A DNA stretch of 64,000 bases from an uncultured bacterium (GTDB taxonomy: Bacteria > Muiribacteriota > Ozemobacteria > Ozemobacterales > Ozemobacteraceae): assembly GCA_964389325.1 (NCBI GenBank), contig CAYMEN010000005.1:31672-95671 (forward strand). Direction: 5' to 3'. The notes under the pieces were generated by a model that saw only the letters and a program-made list of their open reading frames with translations, did not search any database and was not told the DNA's origin. The translations under genes and the position numbers were made by a program. This document shows positions 1 to 8,424 of this stretch, one piece after another (positions within the stretch are counted from its first letter, which is position 1; each line of letters begins with the position of its first letter).

Positions 1-273
1 AGATACCGCGCATGCACGATCAACGGAGGGGAACCGGCGGCCGCGCGGGCGGCATGAAACCGTTCGACCGTCTCGTCAGGCCAAGGGCGCATTTCCCAGA
101 CCCTCGGGCTCGAGGTGAAGATCTGGAGCGTCGTGCATGCCCGGACCCGGTATCTCTCGAACAGGGTTTCCGGCCCGGAAGCGATCGAAAGGTGGAACCC
201 CACCCGCAGCCCGTTCGGCCACGGTTCCGAGGACGTTTTTCCCTTCGTTCGCGATCCGGCCCGGCCGGGCTGG

Positions 274-1461
274 TCAGGGTTTCGCATCAGGTGGCGGCGT
301 ATCGCGCACGCACCGGAATCCGACGGTGGTGCTGCGATAGAAGGGCGTCCGATGGACGTCGCGGGCGCTGACCCGGCATCCCTTCGACTCGTCGTCCCAC
401 GAGCCGCCGCGGATGATCGGCTGGCCGAAATGGCCGTTGAAGTCGCGGCCGTCGCGGGCGTCGGGTTCGTAGACGGTCGCCGTCCATTCGGCGACGTTGC
501 CGGCCATGTCGAGCGCGCCCCACGGCGATGCACCGTCCGGGAAGCTCCCGACTTTCACGGGATACCCGCCCGTATTCAGGTTTTCGACGCGGAAGCTGCT
601 GCCCCACGGGTATTCACGACCGTCGCCGCCGCCCGCCGCGATCTCCCACTCGTCCTCGGTCGGAAGCCGCTTGCCAGCCCATTTTGCATACGCCCAGGCA
701 TCGTACCAGTCGACGAGAACGACCGGGCAGTCCTCCATTCCGGCTGGGGGACGGCCTCCAAGCCAGCTGAAACGCAGCGCCCAGGTATACGTATGGTAGG
801 GGACATGATCTTTCTGGATGGGTTCGGAGGGATGGCACCACTTATGGCCTTCGCGTTTCACGGCATTGAGGAACTTCTGGTATTCGGCGCAGGTCACCTC
901 GTGTTTGTCGATCCAGAAGCCCGGGCTCTTGATCTTCCGCAGAGGCCGTTCGTCGGGGTTGCCGCGCTCGTTGCCAAGCATGTAGACACCGCCCTTGATC
1001 TCGATCATTTCGCCTCTGGCATGGCTGTTCGCGGCTGAAGCCGTCGAAGCTGCGGCCGGCGGCGCGGCGACGGGCGCGAGTTCCAGCGACAGTTTCTGCT
1101 CCTGGCCTGATGCGACGCTGAAGCTGATTTTCTGGGAGGCGAAGCCGGGGGCCGCCGCCTCGAGACGGTGCTCTCCGGCGGGAATCTCGAACCGGAGTTC
1201 CGGCCCCGTGCCGCGCGGAAGGCCGTCGATCAGCATCGTCGTTTCCGGCGGCGTCACGCGCACGACGAGAGTTCCCCGCTCTCCGTCGGCTCTCTGTTCG
1301 AGCTTTCCTCCGTCGAAGGGGCAGAAGTTCACCCCGTCGTCGAACGACTTCCCGCAGGTCGGGCACTCCCTGTTCGCCAGGGCCGGCCGGCACAAAAGAG
1401 CCGCAGCCAGAACGAACAGGATGGTGAATCCACGGCGAATCCGCATGTAAGCCCGGGGCAT
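274..1461 (-). CDS. Formylglycine-generating enzyme (FGE/SUMF1/EgtB) family protein with N-terminal zinc-ribbon, signal/TM segment and PEGA-like domain
   Basis: ORF 274..1491 translation has FGE-sulfatase fold hallmarks (GSWDD..RVSARDVHRTPFYRSTTVGFRCV, WEIAAGGG.REYPWG) and CPTCG..CPFDG ribbon. Start chosen at MPRAYMRIRRGF (1461), preceded by GGAGGA RBS on minus strand. Confidence 0.75.
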   Translation of the reverse strand: MPRAYMRIRRGFTILFVLAAALLCRPALANRECPTCGKSFDDGVNFCPFDGGKLEQRADGERGTLVVRVTPPETTMLIDGLPRGTGPELRFEIPAGEHRLEAAAPGFASQKISFSVASGQEQKLSLELAPVAAPPAAASTASAANSHARGEMIEIKGGVYMLGNERGNPDERPLRKIKSPGFWIDKHEVTCAEYQKFLNAVKREGHKWCHPSEPIQKDHVPYHTYTWALRFSWLGGRPPAGMEDCPVVLVDWYDAWAYAKWAGKRLPTEDEWEIAAGGGDGREYPWGSSFRVENLNTGGYPVKVGSFPDGASPWGALDMAGNVAEWTATVYEPDARDGRDFNGHFGQPIIRGGSWDDESKGCRVSARDVHRTPFYRSTTVGFRCVRDTPPPDAKP

Positions 1462-1530
1462 GATTGTTTCCTCCGCCAGACAAGGTATCACGTCATCTTA
1501 ATACATGGTCACCCGCGCCGCAAACCGTTT

Positions 1531-3735
1531 TCAGGCCTTTCCCGAACGCGCGGCAAGCAGTTGCGCGGCACACTGACACAGTTTCTGCAGTTCGGCAGCC
1601 CCTTTTCCCGCAGGCTGCGCAAGAATTTTCGAAACGAGCAGCACCAGGTCGCGATAGGCGACACCGCCGTTCCCCTCGTATGCCATTCCATACGCTATAA
1701 CAAACTGACAGACCAGATCGATCTGCCCGTGTTCGGCTGCCTTTCTTGCTGCGGCAACCGCCTTCGTCGAATCCCCGACGAAAAACGCCGCCCGCGCCAG
1801 CCGCTGGAGGGCGGCGGGGTTGTCCGGAACGAGTTCCGCCAGACGAAGCAGGGCCTTGTAGGCGTCCTGAGGCCGCTGGAGGGCCTCGAGGGCCTCGGCC
1901 AGGAGCAGATAGGCCTGCGGGAGCTTCGGATACAGCCGGATCGTCGTATGGAGCGCCTCGGCCGCCTGTTTCCATTCACCATTGGCGTGGTGGATCTGAC
2001 CGAGGGCATACCGAGCCTTCGGCAGGTTGGGTTCCAGGGCCAGGGCCGACCGGAAACAGTCGGCGGCGCGGCGATGATCGCCTCCCCGGTGCACCAGGTC
2101 ACCCAGCGCCATCCATCCCTGCACATGCCGGGGAACGAGCTTCAGCAGCTGTTCGAGAGCGGCAACCGCCTCGCCGTTGCGACCGGAGCGAATGTGATCG
2201 GCAGCAACGCTCCAAAGCTTCTGGGCATCGGCTTCGACGGCCGACGACCGGCTTTTCTCGAGCTTTGTCCGGTGATTGGCGAGAGCGGATTTCAGCTCGC
2301 CCTCGAACCTGGCAAGAAGCTCGCCGCCCGCACGCGAAACTTCGGCGCAGACTTCCCCGAAGCACAACAGAAACACCTTGCGGACATCCTGGCTCTCATG
2401 ACGGAGTCCCGCGCACACCTCGTCGAGAACGTCGGCAGCCCCGAGTTTCCACAGGATTTCGACGGTTTTCCTCCTGACGCGGACCTCGGGATGTTTCATG
2501 CCCCTCCGGACCGAACCGAGAACCGCGGAGGTCACCGCCGCCTGGTCGATACCGGCGATGACGTTGAGAACGGCGATGGCGACCTGCGCTTCGGCGTTGT
2601 CGAGATAGGGCTCGATGATCGTGAGCGTTTCGGGCTTTCCGCACCGGCCGACCGTTTCGATGATCTGCGCGAGAACCCCGGCCGCCTTTTCCGTGAGGAG
2701 TCGCTTGACGAGAGGCATGAAGCAGTCGCTGCCCATCGTCGCCTCCAGCGCGGTGACGGCCTGGAGCCTGACCGCCGGTTCCTGGTCATCCAGGAGGGGG
2801 AGCACGCTCTCCTTCAGGGTCGCGAGGGCCGGAGCCTGTGCTCCCGCCGTCATTTTCCGGATCGCGATGACGGCGTTTCTCCTGATATCCGCGTCTCCGT
2901 CCCTGAGCGCCGTCAGAACATGCCTCTGGAAACCGCCGAGCCTGATTTCCCCGATCGCATAGAGGGCCGAGACGCGTTGCCGCTTGTCCTTGTCGGCGAG
3001 CATTTCCTTGATCGTGGCGGAAACCTCGAAATCACCGTACTGCCAGATGGCCTTGATGGCATTCGCGCGCACGCGCTGATGCGGATCGTAGAGATATGGT
3101 TGGAGAACGGCAATGTTGGAAGGATTCTTCAGCGCCTGGAGGGCCTCGACGGCATTCGCCCGGACGCGGGGGTCGTCATCCTTGAGAAAGCCGACGACCA
3201 CCGTCTGCATCGTATCGTTCATCCGCGGGATGAGCGCCGCGAGAACCGTCGCACGGATGCGCGGGTTCGTCTCCTTCATGAGAAGCTTGCGCATCAATGC
3301 CATGCAGATGGGTGTGCCAAGCCTGCCGAGCGCCCTGACGGCGCCGGAAATGGCCTCTTCGCTCAGCAGAACGGCTTCAGTGCCCCCTCCCGACCCCGCA
3401 AGATACTGCTCGACCGCATCACTGAGCACCTGGACCGCTTCGTCGGCATTGAGCCGCGACAGGGCGTCGGCCGCGGCGAGCCTGGTCTCGACCTGGGTAT
3501 CGTGAAGCGCCTGCAGCAACAGTTTTGCCGACTTGTCGGCGCTCATTCTGCTGAGCGCACAGGTCAGGTAGTCGTCGAGGTTGTCGCTCTTGAACCGCTC
3601 GAACAGTATTTCGGCGGCGGCTTCCCCTCGCAACCTGCTTACCGCCGTGAGGGCCGCCTTGCGCAACTCGTATTCGGTGCTGGTGAGATTGTCGAGAAGC
3701 AGATGAAAGATGTTGGAAAGGGCGGGAAAATTCAT
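1531..3735 (-). CDS. HEAT-repeat / TPR-repeat protein (734 aa)
   Basis: Repeated HEAT/PBS-lyase-like motifs (PRVRANAVEALQAL, VRLQAVTALEA) and C-terminal TPR-like repeats. The opposite-strand 882-aa ORF is Arg-rich low-complexity and judged spurious. Confidence 0.7.
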   Translation of the reverse strand: MNFPALSNIFHLLLDNLTSTEYELRKAALTAVSRLRGEAAAEILFERFKSDNLDDYLTCALSRMSADKSAKLLLQALHDTQVETRLAAADALSRLNADEAVQVLSDAVEQYLAGSGGGTEAVLLSEEAISGAVRALGRLGTPICMALMRKLLMKETNPRIRATVLAALIPRMNDTMQTVVVGFLKDDDPRVRANAVEALQALKNPSNIAVLQPYLYDPHQRVRANAIKAIWQYGDFEVSATIKEMLADKDKRQRVSALYAIGEIRLGGFQRHVLTALRDGDADIRRNAVIAIRKMTAGAQAPALATLKESVLPLLDDQEPAVRLQAVTALEATMGSDCFMPLVKRLLTEKAAGVLAQIIETVGRCGKPETLTIIEPYLDNAEAQVAIAVLNVIAGIDQAAVTSAVLGSVRRGMKHPEVRVRRKTVEILWKLGAADVLDEVCAGLRHESQDVRKVFLLCFGEVCAEVSRAGGELLARFEGELKSALANHRTKLEKSRSSAVEADAQKLWSVAADHIRSGRNGEAVAALEQLLKLVPRHVQGWMALGDLVHRGGDHRRAADCFRSALALEPNLPKARYALGQIHHANGEWKQAAEALHTTIRLYPKLPQAYLLLAEALEALQRPQDAYKALLRLAELVPDNPAALQRLARAAFFVGDSTKAVAAARKAAEHGQIDLVCQFVIAYGMAYEGNGGVAYRDLVLLVSKILAQPAGKGAAELQKLCQCAAQLLAARSGKA

Positions 3736-3812
3736 TTCAGGTTCACTTCGAAAACAGGTATCATGGATCCTGCAACACTATACCACCGAAACATCTGCGA
3801 AGAGGATGAATT

Positions 3813-5006
3813 TTGAGAGCGAAGACACACCACGTCTTTGCCGGAGTGACGTTTCTCCTGCTGGCTCTCGTCTGGCTCCACGGCGCCCGCATGACAAGCC
3901 TGCCGTCCCTCCGTCCCTCCCCTGCAGGCGATCTTCCGGCGGCATGGGAATCGGCCGCCAGGGCGCTCGGCCCGACCGGCCTCACGTTTCACCCCGCTTC
4001 TCACGGCCCATGCCGTCTGGAAGGCGTCGACGCCTCGGGCATCGTTCGATGGCACGCCGTTTTCAGCGCGTTTCTCTCCCCCCGCCCGGCCGGCTATGCG
4101 GGCCCCGTCGATCTCGTGGCCGGCTTCGACGATGCAGGCCGCATCACCGGCGTGCGGCTCCTTTCACACAACGAAACGCCGACGTTCGTCGCCGGGATCG
4201 ATTCCGATTGGTTTCTCGGGCAGTTCACGGGCAAGACGGCCGATGCCCCCCTCGTTCCAGGCGAGGACATCGAAGGCTTGACACACGCCACCGTCTCGGT
4301 CGAAGCTTTATGCCAGGCTCTTCGCCAGGGCTTTGCCGCCGCGAATCTCTCCTCCGCCCATCCCCGGCCGGAGGCCCCCGCGCCCGATGCACCTCGCAGG
4401 AAAGGCGTGCAGGCCAATCTGATCGCCGTCATCGTCTCCGTCATTGCGGCACTTGTTCAGCGCTTCATCGGAACCGGCCTTGCGGCGGCGATCGTCGTCT
4501 TCTCCCTAGGCTATCTTTCCCCGGCATACGTCTCCCTGTCGCATCTTCGCTTCCTTTCCGGCGGCTCGGTGTCCGTCCAGGCGGGCCTGATTCTCGGTCT
4601 CGCGGCGGCGGCCGTCGTTCTCTCGAGGCGCGGCTACTGCCGGCTTTTCTGTCCCTGTGGCCGCCTCCAGGACGTGATTCACTCGATTTCACCCACGGCG
4701 CCTTCAGGCTCATGCCGGCCCGGAGCAGGTCGGGCGCTTCTCTGGACGATTCTCCTGCTGTTTCCGCTGGTCGGAGAACTCCCCCTGGAGCGGGCGGAAG
4801 TCTTTTCGGCGCTCTTTTTCCGGAATCTCGGAACATGGGGAACGATTTTCGCCCTCTCGGTGCTCGCAGGCGCGGTCCTGGTTCCCCGTTTTTATTGTCG
4901 GAAGCTTTGCCCTCTGAACCCGCTGTTCGCCGACATCGAGACGCTCAAAACAGCTCTGGCCGTTTTTCGGCCGGGGGCGAAACCCGGACCGGGCGGCGCA
5001 TCATGA
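3813..5006 (+). CDS. Membrane-anchored FMN-binding-domain protein with two CxxxCP cysteine clusters (NapH/NosR/MauN-like)
   Basis: TTG start with AAGAGGA RBS. N-terminal TM anchor, FMN_bind-like segment (..AGFDDAGRITGVRLLSHNETP..IEGLTHATVSVEAL), several TM helices, and motifs CRLFCPCG and CRKLCPLNP typical of NapH-type ferredoxin-like membrane proteins. Confidence 0.65.
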   Translation: MRAKTHHVFAGVTFLLLALVWLHGARMTSLPSLRPSPAGDLPAAWESAARALGPTGLTFHPASHGPCRLEGVDASGIVRWHAVFSAFLSPRPAGYAGPVDLVAGFDDAGRITGVRLLSHNETPTFVAGIDSDWFLGQFTGKTADAPLVPGEDIEGLTHATVSVEALCQALRQGFAAANLSSAHPRPEAPAPDAPRRKGVQANLIAVIVSVIAALVQRFIGTGLAAAIVVFSLGYLSPAYVSLSHLRFLSGGSVSVQAGLILGLAAAAVVLSRRGYCRLFCPCGRLQDVIHSISPTAPSGSCRPGAGRALLWTILLLFPLVGELPLERAEVFSALFFRNLGTWGTIFALSVLAGAVLVPRFYCRKLCPLNPLFADIETLKTALAVFRPGAKPGPGGAS

Positions 5007-6217
5007 ACAGGCGGCGGTTTCTCATCGATGCCTGCACCGTGGCGGCAGGGATCAGCCTCGGCGGGCTGCTCCTCGACGGTCGGTCCAAAAGGGGCCCGAC
5101 CCCCGTCTCCCCGGAGCGGGATCATCCGGAAGGAGTTGCCGGCCGCCATGCCTATGACCGTGCGGCCGCCGAGGCGAAGCTGCGCAGTCTCGAGGCGGCG
5201 GGGCTCTCCCCGCGAGATGCGATGTACTGGTCACGCACCCCAGACGGACTGATCCGGTGCGAACTCTGTCCCCGTTTCTGCACGCTGAAACCGTTCGAGC
5301 GGGGTCTCTGCAAGGTGCGTATCAGCCTGGAAAACCGCCTCGGCACCCTCGTATACGGTCGCCCCTGCACGGCGGCGATCGATCCGATCGAAAAAAAGCC
5401 GGTCTTTCATTTTCTGCCCGGCAGCACAGCCTTCTCGATCGCGACGGCCGGCTGCCTCTTCGGCTGCCGCTACTGCCAGAACTGGCAGATCTCGCAAATC
5501 GGGCCCGAAGAGTGCGATTTTTACGATCTTCCTCCCGGGCGGGTCGTCGCGGATGCGGTGTCGAACGGCTGCAGAAGCATCGCCTACACGTACACCGAGC
5601 CAACGATCTTCTACGAGTACATGCTCGATACCTCGAAAGCCGCCCGCGCGGCCGGCCTGGCGAACATCATGATCTCCTGCGGCTACATCAACCCCGAGCC
5701 GCTCAGGGAGCTTCTTCCCTGGCTCGACGTCATGAAAGTCGACCTCAAGGGGTTCACGGAACGCTTCTACCGCTCCGTCTGCGGGGGAAATCTCGCTCCG
5801 GTTCTCTCGACGATCGAGCAGCTTTCCCAAAGCAAGGCCCTCGTCGACATCGTCACGCTCGTCGTTCCGACGCTGAACGACGACCCCGCAATCTGCTCGG
5901 ACATGTTCCGGTGGCTCATGGAGCACGTTGGCCCCGACATCAGCCTGTTCCTCTCCCGCTTCATGCCGACCTACCGCATGCGCGGCCTCCCGCCGACACC
6001 TCTCGACACGCTCGAGCGCCTCCGGGACCTGGCGATGAACACCGGTCTCCGATACGTGTATCTCGGAAACATCCCGGGCCATGAGGGGGAAAGCACCTTC
6101 TGCCCGGGCTGTAAAAAGCGTGTCGTCGAACGCTTCGGGTATTCGGTCGGGGAAATGCATATCAGCAAGGGAGCCTGCGCCTACTGCGGAACCGCCATTC
6201 CCGGCCGCTGGGAGTGA
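5003..6217 (+). CDS. Radical SAM enzyme, AmmeMemoRadiSam-system type (PflA-like), with N-terminal twin-arginine (Tat)-like signal
   Basis: ATG at 5003 overlaps the upstream stop (ATGA). N-terminus MNRRRFLIDACTVAAGISLGG is Tat-like. CxxxCxxC motif (CLFGCRYCQNW). N-terminal CELCPRFC..GLCKVR and C-terminal CPGCKK..GACAYCG clusters are typical of AmmeMemoRadiSam radical SAM enzymes. Confidence 0.8.
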   Translation: MNRRRFLIDACTVAAGISLGGLLLDGRSKRGPTPVSPERDHPEGVAGRHAYDRAAAEAKLRSLEAAGLSPRDAMYWSRTPDGLIRCELCPRFCTLKPFERGLCKVRISLENRLGTLVYGRPCTAAIDPIEKKPVFHFLPGSTAFSIATAGCLFGCRYCQNWQISQIGPEECDFYDLPPGRVVADAVSNGCRSIAYTYTEPTIFYEYMLDTSKAARAAGLANIMISCGYINPEPLRELLPWLDVMKVDLKGFTERFYRSVCGGNLAPVLSTIEQLSQSKALVDIVTLVVPTLNDDPAICSDMFRWLMEHVGPDISLFLSRFMPTYRMRGLPPTPLDTLERLRDLAMNTGLRYVYLGNIPGHEGESTFCPGCKKRVVERFGYSVGEMHISKGACAYCGTAIPGRWE

Positions 6218-6336
6218 GCGCAGCTTTTGCGCGACAACAAGGTTCTTTACCTTCCGGCCGCAATGCATTATATTCATTGCAGGGCTGCACGGGGAGCAAG
6301 GCCGCTCCATACCGCAGCACGAACCGGAGGCACGAC

Positions 6337-6981
6337 ATGACACAGAAGCAGCACGGCGAAGGCCAGGGCGAAACCATTCTCCGCAAGTATCCGAACCGCC
6401 GCATCTATGATGCGACGCGAAACACGCATGTCACGCTCGGCGAGATCGCCGATCGCATCAAGGCCGGCGAACGGATCCGGATCCTCGACCACAAGACGGG
6501 CGAGGACCTCACCCAGGTCACCATGGGGCAAGTTCTCGTGGAAACGCTGAAAACCCGCCCCGACTACCTTCCGCTCGACCTCGTCACGCTGATGATCCGC
6601 GCGCAGGACAACGTCGTCCGCGACTTCCTGTACAACGGTCTTCCCCAGGCCTTCCAGGGATATCTCGACCAGCAGCGGCGCCTGATGTCCGGCATGATGA
6701 TGAACCCCTGGCTTCCCGGAAGCTTCCCGACCATGTCGCCGTTCGGAAGCTTTTTCGGCGCCTCTCCTCAGCCCCAGCAGCCGCCACAGCCCCAGCAGCC
6801 CTATCCCGGCCCGACGGCGGCCCAGCCGGCCCAGCCCCCCACTCCGCCCCATGCGGCTCCCTCCCAGCCCGTCCCGCAGGCGGACGATTCGCTTCGCGAG
6901 GAACTCCAGAGGCTCCGCCGGGAGGTTGAAGCCCTGAAACACGCTGAGAAACCGGGGAAAGGCCGCCACCGCAAGAGCTAG
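6337..6981 (+). CDS. phaR: Polyhydroxyalkanoate synthesis repressor PhaR
   Basis: N-terminal PHB-accumulation-regulator DNA-binding domain (ILRKYPNRRIYDATRNTHVTLGEIADRIKAGERIRILDHKTGEDLT) and Pro/Gln-rich C-terminal tail. The ATG at 6337 is the first Met of the conserved domain. Confidence 0.85.
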   Translation: MTQKQHGEGQGETILRKYPNRRIYDATRNTHVTLGEIADRIKAGERIRILDHKTGEDLTQVTMGQVLVETLKTRPDYLPLDLVTLMIRAQDNVVRDFLYNGLPQAFQGYLDQQRRLMSGMMMNPWLPGSFPTMSPFGSFFGASPQPQQPPQPQQPYPGPTAAQPAQPPTPPHAAPSQPVPQADDSLREELQRLRREVEALKHAEKPGKGRHRKS

Positions 6982-7002
6982 ACTCCACCCGTTCATTCTG
7001 AA

Positions 7003-7035
7003 ACAGCCCGGGAGCTCCCGGGCTGTTCGCTTTCC
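7003..7035 (+). terminator. Rho-independent terminator-like hairpin after phaR
   Basis: ACAGCCCGGGAGCTCCCGGGCTGT stem-loop followed by a T-containing tract. Confidence 0.45.
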
Positions 7036-7158
7036 CTCGTGGCCCTGCAGCGCACGTTTCGGAGCCCATCGTTTCACGCGCTCCGTCTCGCTCACGCTCC
7101 CCGCCAATCCATCTTCCCAGGCAGATCCTGGCATCTCCAGCCCGCTCGGCACGATGAA

Positions 7159-7173
7159 TTTTGCATTGCAAAA
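7159..7173. promoter_or_regulatory. Putative PhaR operator: inverted repeat TTTTGCA-T-TGCAAAA (TGC-N3-GCA core) abutting -35
   Basis: Perfect 7-bp inverted repeat read directly. TGCN3GCA matches the reported PhaR box type. Lies 10 bp upstream of TTGACA. Confidence 0.55.
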
Positions 7174-7182
7174 TAATTTTGC

Positions 7183-7211
7183 TTGACACAATATCGTGCC
7201 GATGATATATT
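7183..7211 (+). promoter_or_regulatory. Sigma70-like promoter of phasin gene (TTGACA-17-TATATT)
   Basis: Consensus -35/-10 with 17-nt spacer, ~65 nt upstream of ATG 7279. Confidence 0.55.
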
Positions 7212-7278
7212 CGTTCATGTGAGACCAGTAAATCAAAAATTGCGAAATCGCATCGCACAATCCCAGGAGAACGAACCC

Positions 7279-7563
7279 ATGAACGCCTTCCACGGAACCA
7301 TGACCCCGTTCGCGGATCTCGCCGACGTATCCATGCACCTGTTCGATGCCTCGATGCGCCTGGCCGCCCAGTTTTCGCACAACGTCGAGAAGATCGCCTC
7401 GATGCAGGTCGAGACCGTGAACGAAGTTCATCGTCGCCAGACCGAGATCTCCAATCTGGTCATCGACGAGTCGCTGAAAGCGGCCCGGATTCTCCGGAAC
7501 CACTGTGAATCGCTCTTCAACCGGGCCATCGACCGCCAGGCCCAGACCGGGACCGACCGATGA
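7279..7563 (+). CDS. Phasin-family PHA granule-associated protein (paralog 1)
   Basis: Small alpha-helical protein, paralogous to the next two ORFs. AGGAGA RBS. Promoter plus PhaR-type box immediately upstream. Confidence 0.6.
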   Translation: MNAFHGTMTPFADLADVSMHLFDASMRLAAQFSHNVEKIASMQVETVNEVHRRQTEISNLVIDESLKAARILRNHCESLFNRAIDRQAQTGTDR

Positions 7564-7599
7564 CCACCCACAGACACAAGACACGAAAGGATCCGACCA

Positions 7600-7872
7600 A
7601 TGACAAACCAGTTGTTCGACCGCGACGAACTGCTCCGGCTCTCGAGGCAGGGGATGGAAAACTCCCTGAGATTCTACATGACGCTGACCGAGAACGCCCT
7701 GAAGCTCGGCGAGGTCCAGAAGGACACGATGAACGAAGCTTCCCGCCGGCAGATCGACCTCGTCAACAAGTCCTTCGAGGAGTATCAGAAGAGCACCCGC
7801 ACAATCACGGCCGGCTTCGAGAGAGAGTTGCGGAAACTGGCGGACCAGATCCAGCCCCAGGCCGCCCGGTAA
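7600..7872 (+). CDS. Phasin-family protein (paralog 2)
   Basis: Shares LFDRDELLRLSRQGMENSLRFYMTLTEN with paralog 3. Tandem arrangement. Confidence 0.6.
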   Translation: MTNQLFDRDELLRLSRQGMENSLRFYMTLTENALKLGEVQKDTMNEASRRQIDLVNKSFEEYQKSTRTITAGFERELRKLADQIQPQAAR

Positions 7873-7943
7873 CGTTCGGTTTCACACAGACGGCGATTCG
7901 AAACGCCTTCTCGATTTTGAATACAATATCAAGGAGAATACCA

Positions 7944-8234
7944 ATGACCCCGACAACCAACAACCCCCTGTTCGACCGCGACGAGATGATCCGCCTTTCC
8001 CGCGAAGGTCTCGAGAACTCCCTCAAGTTCTACACGACCCTCACCGAGAACGTCACCAAGATCGCCGACATGCAGCGCGAAGCCTACAACGAGACCGCCA
8101 AGAAGCAGATCGAGATGGTCAACAAGGCGTATGAGGATTACCAGAAGAACACCCGCGTCGTCATGCACCACTTCGAGAACGTCTGGCGCCAGGTGATCGA
8201 GCAGGCCGCCCCCAAGGCCAAGGCCGCCGAATAA
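7944..8234 (+). CDS. Phasin-family protein (paralog 3)
   Basis: LFDRDEMIRLSREGLENSLKFYTTLTEN. AAGGAGA RBS at 7931. Terminator hairpin follows. Confidence 0.6.
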   Translation: MTPTTNNPLFDRDEMIRLSREGLENSLKFYTTLTENVTKIADMQREAYNETAKKQIEMVNKAYEDYQKNTRVVMHHFENVWRQVIEQAAPKAKAAE

Positions 8235-8254
8235 TCCCGCTCCTGCCCCTGACG

Positions 8255-8292
8255 GCCGCCGGTCTGCCCAGGCAGTTCCGGCGGCTTTTCAT
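8255..8292 (+). terminator. Terminator hairpin after third phasin gene
   Basis: GCCGCCGG..CCGGCGGC stem followed by TTTTC. Confidence 0.5.
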
Positions 8293-8323
8293 TCCCGAAG
8301 GCGCCCCGCTGCCCACCCTCGAT

Positions 8324-8353
8324 TTGACACCTCCAGAGGGGGGCCCCTATACT
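8324..8353 (+). promoter_or_regulatory. Sigma70-like promoter upstream of phaC (TTGACA-18-TATACT)
   Basis: Read directly, ~70 nt upstream of the phaC ATG. Confidence 0.45.
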
Positions 8354-8424
8354 TTCCCGGCCGGTGCCCGCCCCTCACGCACCGGATATCAGATCCGTAC
8401 ACCCCAGGGAGGAACGTCGATATC

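Noticed and set aside
12-1038. Plus-strand ORFs at the window start (119 and 307 aa)
   Set aside because: They overlap the well-supported minus-strand FGE-family gene. The 1-273 remainder is too short and featureless to call.
1168-3816. 882-aa plus-strand ORF
   Set aside because: It lies antisense to the clearly repeat-structured HEAT/TPR gene. It is Arg/Pro-rich low complexity typical of high-GC shadow frames.
5231-6343. 370-aa minus-strand ORF
   Set aside because: It lies antisense to the radical SAM gene, which has unambiguous CxxxCxxC motifs. It is a shadow ORF.
6274-7584. 436-aa minus-strand ORF
   Set aside because: It lies antisense to phaR and the first phasin and crosses a promoter and terminator region.
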